Shown one piece after another: positions 8,926 to 18,198 of a stretch of DNA of 56,161 bases. Below the pieces are notes generated by a model that saw only the letters and a program-made list of their open reading frames with translations, ran no database searches and was not told the DNA's origin. This DNA comes from an uncultured Bacteroidales bacterium (GTDB taxonomy: Bacteria > Bacteroidota > Bacteroidia > Bacteroidales > UBA10428). A program made the position numbers and the translations under genes. Within the stretch, counting starts at the first letter, position 1, and each line of letters opens with the position of its first letter. Location: contig CAZOLY010000001.1 in NCBI GenBank assembly GCA_964580815.1, forward strand, positions 1 to 56,161, in the 5' to 3' direction.

Positions 8926-9177
8926 ATGCAATTGCTAAGAATTATATTAATACTGGTAATTATTTATTATGTTGCCAGATTCTTTATCAGGGTTATTTTC
9001 CCGTTTTTGTTTCAGAGGTATGTTAACAAAAGAACGGGGAATTCCTCAGGCAAGCAGCATTATTCGAAACCGAAGAACAGAAGAGAAGGAGAGGTTACTA
9101 TAGATTATATAAATAAGAAAGAAAAAAAGTTCAGCAAGGATAAGGGTGAATACATAGATTTTAAGGAGGTTGAATAA
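8926..9177 (+). CDS. Small membrane protein, DUF4834-like
   Basis: 83 aa. It has an N-terminal TM helix (ILILVIIYYVARFFIRVIFPFLF), a basic linker, and an acidic C-terminus GEYIDFKEVE typical of this small Bacteroidota family. Confidence 0.65.
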   Translation: MQLLRIILILVIIYYVARFFIRVIFPFLFQRYVNKRTGNSSGKQHYSKPKNRREGEVTIDYINKKEKKFSKDKGEYIDFKEVE

Positions 9178-9186
9178 TTATTATTG

Positions 9187-9939
9187 TCATGGCAGGTGTT
9201 TTACCTTCTTGGCCAGATTTGAAGCAAAGACGAAATTATTAAGAATTTTATTTTCTGAATTTAGTATCTCATCTTTTGTACCTTCCCAGCATTTATAGCC
9301 TTCATGAATAAAGATGACCTTTTCTCCTATCTCCATCACAGAATTCATGTCATGGGTATTTACAATCGTGGTAATATTCATCTCATGAGTTATTTTACTT
9401 ATCAGGCTATCAATTATAAGTGTAGTAATAGGGTCCAGCCCAGAATTTGGCTCATCACAAAAGAGATATTTCGGGAATTGTACTATAGCCCTCGCAATAC
9501 CCACACGTTTTTTCATGCCGCCGCTTAGTTCAGCGGGGTAGAGGTTATTGACATTATCAAGGTCTACCATTTTAAGGCATGAATTAACTCGTTCGACCTT
9601 CTCTTCATAGTCCATGTCGGTATACATTTCCAGTGGAAATATGATATTTTCCTGGACTGTCAGTGAATCAAAAAGGGCGCTACCCTGAAAAAGCATTCCC
9701 ATTTCTTTACGTAAATCCTGTTTCTGGTATTCAGTCATATTTATGAAATCACGGCCGTCAAAAAATATTTCTCCCTGGTCAATATCATGCAGTCCGACTA
9801 TTGATTTAAGAAGAACAGTTTTTCCTGATCCGCTACGGCCGATTATTAAATTTGTTTTGCCCTGATCAAATGTAACAGATATATCACTGAGGACAACCTC
9901 TTTGCCAAAAGATTTAAATACATTTATTACTTCAATCAT
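9187..9939 (-). CDS. mlaF: ABC transporter ATP-binding protein, MlaF/Ttg2A-like
   Basis: Walker A GRSGSGKT, signature LSGGMKKRVGIARA and Walker B LFCDEP are present. The ATG overlaps the stop of the upstream permease gene (TAATG at 9941..9937). Confidence 0.9.
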   Translation of the reverse strand: MIEVINVFKSFGKEVVLSDISVTFDQGKTNLIIGRSGSGKTVLLKSIVGLHDIDQGEIFFDGRDFINMTEYQKQDLRKEMGMLFQGSALFDSLTVQENIIFPLEMYTDMDYEEKVERVNSCLKMVDLDNVNNLYPAELSGGMKKRVGIARAIVQFPKYLFCDEPNSGLDPITTLIIDSLISKITHEMNITTIVNTHDMNSVMEIGEKVIFIHEGYKCWEGTKDEILNSENKILNNFVFASNLAKKVKHLP

Positions 9940-10679
9940 TATGCCAGCATTAATTGGGTTAAAATAACATCAGACATTAAAATAAGTATACAGCTATATA
10001 CAACTCCTTTGGTGCTGGAGCGGCCGACTTCCAGTGCCCCGCCCTTTACGTAGTATCCATAAAATGCAGATACGGAAGTAATTATAAAGGCATATACTAC
10101 TGTTTTTACCAGTGCATAGGTAATATAAAAGGGCTCAAACCAGTATTGGATTCCGTAAATATAGTCTGCTGATGAGAGCGCCCCTGTAATAATTGCTGAG
10201 AGCCATCCTCCGAAGATGCCGACCACCATACTTATTATTGTAAGAAATGGGTTAAATATCATTGCTGCTATTATTTTAGGGAGGATAAGGTAACTGGCAG
10301 AGTTAACACCCATCATTTCCAGTGCATCTATTTGCTCGGTTATTCTCATATGTCCTATCTCAGATGCAATATTTGAGCCTACTTTACCTGCAAGTATTAA
10401 ACCTACCATAGTTGAGGAGAATTCCAGCAGGATCGTATCCCTGGCAGTAAGACCAATAAGATAAAGAGGTATCCATGAACTCTCAAGATTATACCGTGTT
10501 TGCAGTGTTATTACTGCTCCTATGAAAATTGAAATTATTATTACAATTCCGATTGAATTAACTCCAAGATTCTCAATTTCTTTGACAGTCTGTCTTAAAT
10601 AAATTTTTGTTTTCTCAGGTTTTGAGAATATCCTGAAAATTAATATAATATATTTACCAAAGTTTGTTATTATGCCCAT
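9939..10679 (-). CDS. mlaE: ABC transporter permease, MlaE/Ttg2B-like
   Basis: 246 aa and polytopic. The N-terminus and length are typical of the MlaE family, and it is translationally coupled to the ATPase gene. Confidence 0.85.
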   Translation of the reverse strand: MGIITNFGKYIILIFRIFSKPEKTKIYLRQTVKEIENLGVNSIGIVIIISIFIGAVITLQTRYNLESSWIPLYLIGLTARDTILLEFSSTMVGLILAGKVGSNIASEIGHMRITEQIDALEMMGVNSASYLILPKIIAAMIFNPFLTIISMVVGIFGGWLSAIITGALSSADYIYGIQYWFEPFYITYALVKTVVYAFIITSVSAFYGYYVKGGALEVGRSSTKGVVYSCILILMSDVILTQLMLA

Positions 10680-10893
10680 GTTTAATGTTTTTTATAATTT
10701 TATGAAAAATTAGAATCGAATATATTAGAAATTCTGACAAATCTTTAGCAATTCCGGGATAAATTTAAGGCTTATTTAAATTATATTACTTATATAACTA
10801 ATACAAATATATTTTAGTCTTAATACATGGAAATTATTACTTAATTAAATTTATTATATTAGAAGTCTTTAATTTATAAAATATTAATAATAT

Positions 10894-11988
10894 ATGAAAG
10901 ACAACAGATACTGTGTTATTATGGCAGGCGGTATAGGTAGCCGTTTTTGGCCGCTAAGCAGAATGAAAAAGCCAAAACAGTTCCTTGATATTCTGGGTAC
11001 CGGCAAAACTTTGCTCGAACAGACTTTTAACAGGATAAAGAACATCATACCGGCAGAGAATATTTATATTGTAACAAGCTATGATTATGGAAGAATTGTC
11101 AAGGAACAAATACCCGAAATAAAGGAAAATCAGATAATGCTTGAACCAAGGAGATGTAATACTGCTCCCTGTATTGCTTATGCTAACTACAAGATAAAAA
11201 AGATATGTACCGATGCTAATATTGTTGTGGCTCCGTCCGATCATATTATTTTAAAGGAAAACGAATTTATTGATATATTGAATAAAGGACTTGAATTTGT
11301 CAGTGAGAATGACAGTTTGTTAACATTGGGTATTCAGCCGAGCAGACCGGAAACAGGCTATGGGTACATTCAGATTGAAGGGGACAAGAATACAATTGAG
11401 TTGAATAAAAGCTTCAGAAAAGTAAAGACTTTTACTGAAAAACCAGATCTGAAGATGGCTGAGATATTTATGGAAAGTGGCGATTTTTTCTGGAACTCAG
11501 GTATTTTTTTCTGGTCATTAAATACTATAATGCATGCATTTGAAAAATATTTACCCGAAATTGACAATTTATTCAATGAGGGATATGAATATTATTATAC
11601 TGACAGGGAGAATGAATTTATTCAAAAAGCATATCCAAAGTGCAGAGTAATATCAATTGACTATGGGATAATGGAAAAAGCTGATAATGTATATGTTTTA
11701 TGTTCTGACATAGGCTGGTCGGATTTGGGAACATGGGGATCCCTATATGAAAAGCTTAAGAAAAACAGCGATTTTAATTCGATATCGGGGAAGAATGTAT
11801 TCGTTTATGATACCAAAAACTGCCTGATTAATGTGCCAAATGATAAACTTGTAGTAGTACAGGGTCTTAATGATTATATACTGGTAGAATCAGACAATAT
11901 GATATTGATTTGCAAAAAGAAGGATGAGCAAAAAATAAAAAGGTTTGTCAATGATGTGAGGCTGGAAAAAGGGGAAGATTTTATGTAA
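10894..11988 (+). CDS. manC: Mannose-1-phosphate guanylyltransferase
   Basis: The N-terminal nucleotidyltransferase motif VIMAGGIGSRFWPLSR is present. The 364-aa length fits the ManC-type NTP-transferase without a cupin isomerase domain. Confidence 0.85.
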   Translation: MKDNRYCVIMAGGIGSRFWPLSRMKKPKQFLDILGTGKTLLEQTFNRIKNIIPAENIYIVTSYDYGRIVKEQIPEIKENQIMLEPRRCNTAPCIAYANYKIKKICTDANIVVAPSDHIILKENEFIDILNKGLEFVSENDSLLTLGIQPSRPETGYGYIQIEGDKNTIELNKSFRKVKTFTEKPDLKMAEIFMESGDFFWNSGIFFWSLNTIMHAFEKYLPEIDNLFNEGYEYYYTDRENEFIQKAYPKCRVISIDYGIMEKADNVYVLCSDIGWSDLGTWGSLYEKLKKNSDFNSISGKNVFVYDTKNCLINVPNDKLVVVQGLNDYILVESDNMILICKKKDEQKIKRFVNDVRLEKGEDFM

Positions 11989-11990
11989 TA

Positions 11991-12018
11991 AAAAACCCCG
12001 CCGGGGCGGGGCTTTTTT
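11991..12018. terminator. Bidirectional rho-independent terminator between convergent manC and gldN
   Basis: aaaaa-CCCCGC-cggg-GCGGGG-cttttt forms a GC stem flanked by an A-tract and a T-tract. Confidence 0.8.
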
Positions 12019-12048
12019 ATATAATTTTTCAATACGTTTATACAGGTA

Positions 12049-12915
12049 TTAATATTCCCACAGATCGTGTTCCATTTCAAAAAGCCATTCTTTCTGATTA
12101 TCGGCTTCCAGCAATGCGTCCAGTCCCAGGGCATAAGATATTATCCTCCTGTTATTGTAAACGTTTGACATTCCTATTATAAAGCTGCCAAATCGCCTTT
12201 GCATAAGGAAATCATCAAATGAGATTCTCTGGGCATCATTAAACTGGTTAAATATCTCATGATTTACCAGTAATGGTCTGACCTCGGGGTAATAAACCCA
12301 GAAGGTCTGGCTTCTCAGGACCAGGTCGGTAGGCAGGCCCTGATCATCTAGTTGATTATAGACCCTGATGGGACTTATTCCTATGATCCTCACATTCATC
12401 ACCGAATGGTTTTTGTCAAAGAACCATTTCTCTTTTATCATAATCTGCTTAACTTCTTCTGTCTTTCTTTCCTGGGCAATAACTTTTTGTACTATTTCTC
12501 CTGTATTTATGTCCTGGGTGGGAATAGTGTCTATCCCGGCTTCAAATTTCTCATCAATTTGATCCTTGGTCATAGGAATTGTAAATTCATTTAAAGGATC
12601 ATCTGTTGAGAACGCACGTACACCTTCATAATCTATGCCATGCAACAGCAAATCAACCAGGTTCATCCTGTCGCCTATAGGATGTGTCGGATAATACAGG
12701 GACAGGTTTTGTTTTTGCTTAAGATCAATTATTCTGTATACATCCTTTGCCCACATAACGTCAGCTTCCCTGACGTATGCATAAGGTACGGGTATTTTAT
12801 TCGGGATATGTTCCCTTACATAAACCTCTGTTTTTGTATCCTGAGCGGGTAATTTTACCAACCAAACTGTTAATAAAGATAATCCGATAAGAAAAGCTAC
12901 TACTCGTTTCATCAT
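12049..12915 (-). CDS. gldN: Gliding motility / T9SS periplasmic ring protein GldN (PorN)
   Basis: 288 aa with a signal peptide. It is the last gene of the gldKLMN-ordered operon, lies 16 nt after gldM, and has the size and position expected for GldN. Confidence 0.85.
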   Translation of the reverse strand: MMKRVVAFLIGLSLLTVWLVKLPAQDTKTEVYVREHIPNKIPVPYAYVREADVMWAKDVYRIIDLKQKQNLSLYYPTHPIGDRMNLVDLLLHGIDYEGVRAFSTDDPLNEFTIPMTKDQIDEKFEAGIDTIPTQDINTGEIVQKVIAQERKTEEVKQIMIKEKWFFDKNHSVMNVRIIGISPIRVYNQLDDQGLPTDLVLRSQTFWVYYPEVRPLLVNHEIFNQFNDAQRISFDDFLMQRRFGSFIIGMSNVYNNRRIISYALGLDALLEADNQKEWLFEMEHDLWEY

Positions 12916-12931
12916 ATATAGGTTTTAAAGG

Positions 12932-14590
12932 TTAGTTTATTTTAAAATTTATTGTTTGTAGATTCCTGACACCACCATCCGGTCCGACTGCTTTAATGTC
13001 CTGAATATATAATGGACTTCCTTTTGATAGTCCCCTTATAATTTCATATTGTCTTTGAGTAAAATTATTGTTTTCTGATTTAGCTTCCCTGACAAATCCC
13101 TGTACAATAGTAAGCACCTTAAATTCTGTAACTGTAAATGTAAGGTCGAATTCAAAGTTTTCCATTACGGCTGCTACACCGGTCTGTGCGAGCAACACAT
13201 TCTTGTTTATTGCTCCGCCTGTCTGATTGTTGACCATGGCCTGTGGTGTAGGTACTGTTTTAACCCTGAACTCTTTCCTGTCCACTTCCCGTTTTGTTCC
13301 GTCAATTTCAGCACTTACGATAACAAAACTGTTTCCCGGTCTCCGGGGCCGGACAATCCATGTACCACCTGATCTGGTTATAGTACCGTTTGTCATGTCG
13401 GCAAACACTTTATCGGGGGCTACACCTGCAACAGAGATGTCAACCGGATTTTCAACACCGATATAAAAAAGGTTCATTTTAGTAGGAGAAACAACAACGT
13501 TGCCTTCAGCAACCTGATAAGTTTCCGTGAACGGTCTTCTTATAGGATCCCCTCCCGGTCCCTGGATCTCAATTATGCCGCCCCATTTTTTATAGCCCAT
13601 GGTTATTCCTTTAACGCGGTAAGTACCTTTTCCTTTTCCTTGTTCTACGGGCAGACTTGTATAATCAATACCGTCTCTCAGCCGGTAGTCTATTATATTT
13701 CCCCCTTCGTCCCTTATTATATCATATGGCTGATCTCCGGGGGCGATCCAAACTTTGGGAGGCTGTGTCGTATCTCTTGCAGCAAGGAAGATTTGGGCCA
13801 CATAATCATTACCTTTAATGATATAATTTGAATTATGCACAACTACTGCTTCAATCTCGTTAAACTTAACATCCCCGGCTTCTATTTGTGAAAATAAATA
13901 TTTTATTACCTCAGATTCTGCATTTCTCACGTCTATCTGGAGGCTTGACATTATTGCCAGAAAGCCTACCAGGGGAGAGTGCCCGAATTTATGTTCCTCC
14001 CATCTTAAATTATCCCCTGATCTGCCCTTCGACTGTTCCTTGCTCTGATCGGCAGTAACTAGTCCGTTTTCAATCGATTCTCTTAACTTTACATTATCTT
14101 CTTTAACCATGTCCAGCAGAAAATTTCTGTAGTCTTCAATCATCTTTTTAAGCATCGCTGCTTTGCAGTCCGATCTATATTCACTGCCAATCATAATTCT
14201 TTTAGGTGTATCATAATCAGTGGTTGCATTAATTTTTTCCCTGTGTATTACGTCACCCTCAATTGCTTCTTCATCTTTGGCTTCAACTACGACCTCAATT
14301 TTTAAATCCTGGATATGTTTATATAATTTATCAGCTTCTTCTTTTACTTTAAGTGCCATATTTCTCCAGCTGGTGACCTTGGCTTCATTTATAGCAAACT
14401 GTTTGTCAAATTCCCTGTATACATCTTCATTCTTATCCTGGATTGTTTGTGCCGTTTTACTCAATCCCTCATCTATTATTGAAAAGGCATCCAGGACACT
14501 TGTTGCCACATTAAGTGCCAGCAAGGCAGTCAGCACAAGATACATCATGCCAATCATTTTCTGTCTTGGGGTTTCCTTACCGTGGGCCAT
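12932..14590 (-). CDS. gldM: Gliding motility / T9SS motor-associated protein GldM (PorM)
   Basis: 552 aa. It has a single N-terminal TM helix (MIGMMYLVLTALLALNV) followed by a long periplasmic region. It sits between gldL and gldN. Confidence 0.9.
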   Translation of the reverse strand: MAHGKETPRQKMIGMMYLVLTALLALNVATSVLDAFSIIDEGLSKTAQTIQDKNEDVYREFDKQFAINEAKVTSWRNMALKVKEEADKLYKHIQDLKIEVVVEAKDEEAIEGDVIHREKINATTDYDTPKRIMIGSEYRSDCKAAMLKKMIEDYRNFLLDMVKEDNVKLRESIENGLVTADQSKEQSKGRSGDNLRWEEHKFGHSPLVGFLAIMSSLQIDVRNAESEVIKYLFSQIEAGDVKFNEIEAVVVHNSNYIIKGNDYVAQIFLAARDTTQPPKVWIAPGDQPYDIIRDEGGNIIDYRLRDGIDYTSLPVEQGKGKGTYRVKGITMGYKKWGGIIEIQGPGGDPIRRPFTETYQVAEGNVVVSPTKMNLFYIGVENPVDISVAGVAPDKVFADMTNGTITRSGGTWIVRPRRPGNSFVIVSAEIDGTKREVDRKEFRVKTVPTPQAMVNNQTGGAINKNVLLAQTGVAAVMENFEFDLTFTVTEFKVLTIVQGFVREAKSENNNFTQRQYEIIRGLSKGSPLYIQDIKAVGPDGGVRNLQTINFKIN

Positions 14591-14617
14591 ATTTTAATAT
14601 AAATGAGAGTTAAACGG

Positions 14618-15553
14618 TTATTTTTTAATCATTATATTCATTGCTGAGAGCATATTGCCATATATGGCGTTCAATGAAGAAATATTCTCTTTTAATTTGG
14701 ATATTTCTTCCTTGTACTTATTAGTTTCGTCAACCGATTCTTTAAGTTTCTTGATCATATTTCCCAGTCCGGTATATACATCATGGGCTCCCTTCATCTG
14801 TTCATTGCTCTCTTTAATTTGCAGTTCATATACTGTGTTAAGTGCAGATAAGTTTTTGTTCAGTGACTCAAGATGTTTTTCATGCGTTTTGCCACTTTCA
14901 GAAATTGTTTGTTGTTCACCCGTCAGGGCATCAGCAATTTTCTGATACGAGTCGGCAACATTGGAACCGGATTTAGTTATCAAATCCGCAGAATTAAAGT
15001 ATGCGCTGGCAAGATTACCTGCCGATTCCTTAATTGTTTCTGTAGAGCTGGTATAAGTATCATTTAGTGAATTAACAGAGTTTGCGGCGCTCTGCAGGTT
15101 GTCGAGAAAGCTTTTGGTTGCAACAGTTGCATTTGATATGTCCGCGATATTCAGTACGGCCTGGTTTAGCTTGCTCAGTCCTTCTCCCAGCTTTTTGAGT
15201 ATGGTTTCATCAACACCTGAAGTAGTTAACAGGCTTTCTATTCTTTCTATTGGCCTTTCCCCATCACTTATTGCACCTTCCTTAAAATGTTCAATTTCAT
15301 CTTCATCTCCCATACCAGCAAGCTCAGGATATACGAGGGTCCAGTCAAGTTCTTCATGCAATGGTTCAAATGCTGAGAAAAAGAATATGGTAGCTTCCGT
15401 ACATAATCCAAGAGTAAGGAATATACCTGAGCCCTTCCAGTGCATAATTTTGAATAATGCTCCTATTATTACTACTGACGCACCAATACCATAAAGTTTG
15501 GCCATAAAATTTTTCCAGCCCGAACTTTCAACAATATCAGTAATACTTGCCAT
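14618..15553 (-). CDS. gldL: Gliding motility / T9SS motor protein GldL (PorL)
   Basis: 311 aa. Two N-terminal TM helices include the conserved acidic-residue segment TEATIFFFSAFEP. A long helical cytoplasmic tail follows. Confidence 0.9.
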   Translation of the reverse strand: MASITDIVESSGWKNFMAKLYGIGASVVIIGALFKIMHWKGSGIFLTLGLCTEATIFFFSAFEPLHEELDWTLVYPELAGMGDEDEIEHFKEGAISDGERPIERIESLLTTSGVDETILKKLGEGLSKLNQAVLNIADISNATVATKSFLDNLQSAANSVNSLNDTYTSSTETIKESAGNLASAYFNSADLITKSGSNVADSYQKIADALTGEQQTISESGKTHEKHLESLNKNLSALNTVYELQIKESNEQMKGAHDVYTGLGNMIKKLKESVDETNKYKEEISKLKENISSLNAIYGNMLSAMNIMIKK

Positions 15554-15587
15554 AGATTCTTAGAGTTTAGTTAGATTAAATAATATT

Positions 15588-16922
15588 TTAATTAGTTCCC
15601 ATGTATGATCTTACACATCTGAACCCGATATATGACTTGGCTGTGTCCTGGTACTCATAGCTTCTGGTTCCACACTGTAAATAGTAGCCGATATCTTTCC
15701 ATGAGCCTCCCCTAATAACTTTTCTTTTTAGTACGGGGGGATCATCGGGTTTTACATTGTAACGGTAATCAGGATTCAAATCATGAGAAAACATATAGGC
15801 AGATTCATCATAAGCACTTGAAGTCCATTCTGCGGCATTTCCTGCCATATCATAAAGTCCGTATTCATTAGGCTGGTAAGTCCCGACTGACACTGTAATT
15901 ACACCTCCGTCATCGGCATAATTACCTCTTAATGGTTTAAAGTTAGCCAGGAAGCAACCTTCTTTATTACGCGTATAGTAACCGCCCCATGGGTACATGG
16001 AATGATCCAGTCCGCCCCTGCTGGCATATTCCCATTCCGATTCTATAGGAAGGCGGTAGTTATGAACGCCTGCCTGCCTTGCACTACGCAAAGCAGAATT
16101 AAGAAGCTGGGTTCTCCAGATACAAAAGGCTGTGGCCTGTTCCCATGTTATCCCTACAATGGGGTAGTTGTCGTATGAAGGATGCCAGAAGTACATAGTC
16201 GTATACGGTTCATTATAAGAGTAAGTGAAGTCTGCAATCCAGCACAATGTATCAGGATATACATTAATAACGTCTCTTATAACGAATGATGAACGGTCCC
16301 TTATTTGAATTCTTTCGCCATCGTTATTTAATATGAATCCTTCATACTGTTTTGTTTCAAAATTATACCTGTTTGATTTTTTTGCTGCCTGCTTCAAATC
16401 AATCCAGTAGTATTCATACATCAATTTTCTTGTATCAATCTCTTTTTTGCTGAAAAACCTTTCATTATCAGGAAGATATAATTCATTAAGGATCTCATTT
16501 ATTTCTTCATCTGTGAAGTCTATTTTTACTTCCCAGTTTATTGCAGGAGGTTCAATCGGATTTCCGAATGCATCATCTGTAATAACGTAATCGTCCAACT
16601 GTTCACCCAGCATTCTTCTCATAATTGAATCACGAACCCAGTAAATAAACTGCCGGTATTCATTATTCGTTATTTCAGTTTCATCCATCCAGAACGGATC
16701 AACAGTTACAGTTTTGGAAAATACGGTTTGGGCCCAGGATACATCCTGGTCATTCGGTCCCATAGTAAAGCTGCCCTGTGGTACAAAAATCATCCCGAAC
16801 GGATCAGGTTCAAAATATTTTGATCTCCCAGGTACCCCGGTCAATTCTCCGCTTTTGAAGTTCGTGCAATTACTAACAAATAGTAATAATACAACTAAGC
16901 CTAAAGTAATTAACTTTTTCAT
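15588..16922 (-). CDS. gldK: Gliding motility / T9SS lipoprotein GldK (PorK), FGE-sulfatase fold
   Basis: The lipoprotein signal is LLLFVSNC. The SUMF1/FGE-type motifs GNAAEWT and IRGGSW are present. 444 aa, immediately upstream of gldL. Confidence 0.92.
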   Translation of the reverse strand: MKKLITLGLVVLLLFVSNCTNFKSGELTGVPGRSKYFEPDPFGMIFVPQGSFTMGPNDQDVSWAQTVFSKTVTVDPFWMDETEITNNEYRQFIYWVRDSIMRRMLGEQLDDYVITDDAFGNPIEPPAINWEVKIDFTDEEINEILNELYLPDNERFFSKKEIDTRKLMYEYYWIDLKQAAKKSNRYNFETKQYEGFILNNDGERIQIRDRSSFVIRDVINVYPDTLCWIADFTYSYNEPYTTMYFWHPSYDNYPIVGITWEQATAFCIWRTQLLNSALRSARQAGVHNYRLPIESEWEYASRGGLDHSMYPWGGYYTRNKEGCFLANFKPLRGNYADDGGVITVSVGTYQPNEYGLYDMAGNAAEWTSSAYDESAYMFSHDLNPDYRYNVKPDDPPVLKRKVIRGGSWKDIGYYLQCGTRSYEYQDTAKSYIGFRCVRSYMGTN

Positions 16923-16991
16923 AATCGAAGGTATTTATCTGAAATAACAATTATATTTAACTTCTAATTTTCTTTAAATTTAATTATTTTT

Positions 16992-17948
16992 TTATAAAAA
17001 TCTAATACTCTTGTATTTTTGTGGTGTTTTTTCAATGCCAATTTTAAAACAATAACTCACTGCTATCTCATAAGGTATGCTCACATGTTTCATTATGGCT
17101 GATGTATTAAAATCATAGGCGTAAGCAATTTTCAGTCCGTTAATAACTTCCAGTCCCAGCATCCCAACAACTGCACTGCCTGGTCTATAAGTAACGCCAC
17201 CCCAAAACTTTTTATTGTATAAAAGTATGACATTTAAATCAATTTTGTGAATAGAACCATCAGATTGTATTAATAGGGATGGCATCAATTCAAAAGAAGG
17301 ATTGGGCATCTGTATATTATATCCGGAGGTAATATAATAATGACGTTTAAGCTTTTCAGTGACATCTTTGGTTGCTTCTTTATATTTGAAAGTTCCTTCA
17401 TTCAGATGGGTGGAGGAAAATCCGACATACAATTCTTCTGATTTGTAAAAAAGGCCAAATCCAACATCAATTGCGAAAATAGGGTCTTCACTTTCAGGTA
17501 TTAAAGGATCATCAGTATACCTGGTATGGTAGCTCGTGTTATCCGGTATTTGCCAGTCCGGTTTTAAAGTCCTGTTCTGAATATTCAGGCTGATTCCTAT
17601 ACCCAGTTTGCCATTACCGGCATTTGCCCTGAAAGCATAGGCGGGTTTAAGACTGATATCATTATAAAATCCTATTTTATCGCGTGTAATAGAAAGGCCG
17701 AAACCATGATTTTGATTGAAAAGTTTAAAAGGAAAATCAGCATTAAGAATAAAATCTTCAGGGCCATTTTCAATACCTGGCCATTGCTGGCGCAATATAC
17801 CATTAACGCATACAACATCTTTATTGCCTGCCGAGCCCGGATTTATGGATATTTGGTCAAACATAAAATGGCTTACCTGATAATCTTGTTGAGCTTCTAA
17901 GAATATAGAAATAATTAAACCTAATGATATTAAAGTGAATTTATACAT
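16992..17948 (-). CDS. porP: T9SS outer-membrane protein of the PorP/SprF family
   Basis: 318 aa with a signal peptide. The mature N-terminus is QQDYQVSHFMFDQISINPGSAG and the barrel ends ...KSIRFL. It lies directly upstream of gldK, as in the porPKLMN arrangement. Confidence 0.85.
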   Translation of the reverse strand: MYKFTLISLGLIISIFLEAQQDYQVSHFMFDQISINPGSAGNKDVVCVNGILRQQWPGIENGPEDFILNADFPFKLFNQNHGFGLSITRDKIGFYNDISLKPAYAFRANAGNGKLGIGISLNIQNRTLKPDWQIPDNTSYHTRYTDDPLIPESEDPIFAIDVGFGLFYKSEELYVGFSSTHLNEGTFKYKEATKDVTEKLKRHYYITSGYNIQMPNPSFELMPSLLIQSDGSIHKIDLNVILLYNKKFWGGVTYRPGSAVVGMLGLEVINGLKIAYAYDFNTSAIMKHVSIPYEIAVSYCFKIGIEKTPQKYKSIRFL

Positions 17949-18198
17949 ATTTTTACTTTCCTACTTTTCAATTTATCAGTATATTCCTCTAATCACCTTA
18001 TATAAAAAGTAAAATAAGTAAAAATATTGTATTCAAGCAAATTAAAATTAACAGTTATGTGTTAATAAAAATACAAAATAAAATTGTTTTATTATACTTT
18101 ATTCATTCAATAAAGTTACTTTTTATAGAGTTTTTATTAAATATAAGAAGCAAGAATATATAAATCAATTAATTTATTGTGATGTAAAACAGGCAGGA

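Noticed and set aside
15099-15494. 131-aa plus-strand ORF antisense to gldL. Similar long antisense ORFs occur at 14220-14597, 37510-37899, 38337-38726, 45830-46318, 47809-48258, 50465-51043 and 51342-51851.
   Set aside because: Each lies entirely within a gene that has strong family motifs on the other strand. Their low-complexity Ser/Leu/Phe/Ile-rich translations are typical of shadow ORFs.
15588-16922. GldK read as a sulfatase-maturating formylglycine-generating enzyme because of its FGE-fold motifs
   Set aside because: Its lipoprotein signal and its position directly upstream of gldL-gldM-gldN identify it as the structural T9SS component GldK/PorK, not a sulfatase maturase.
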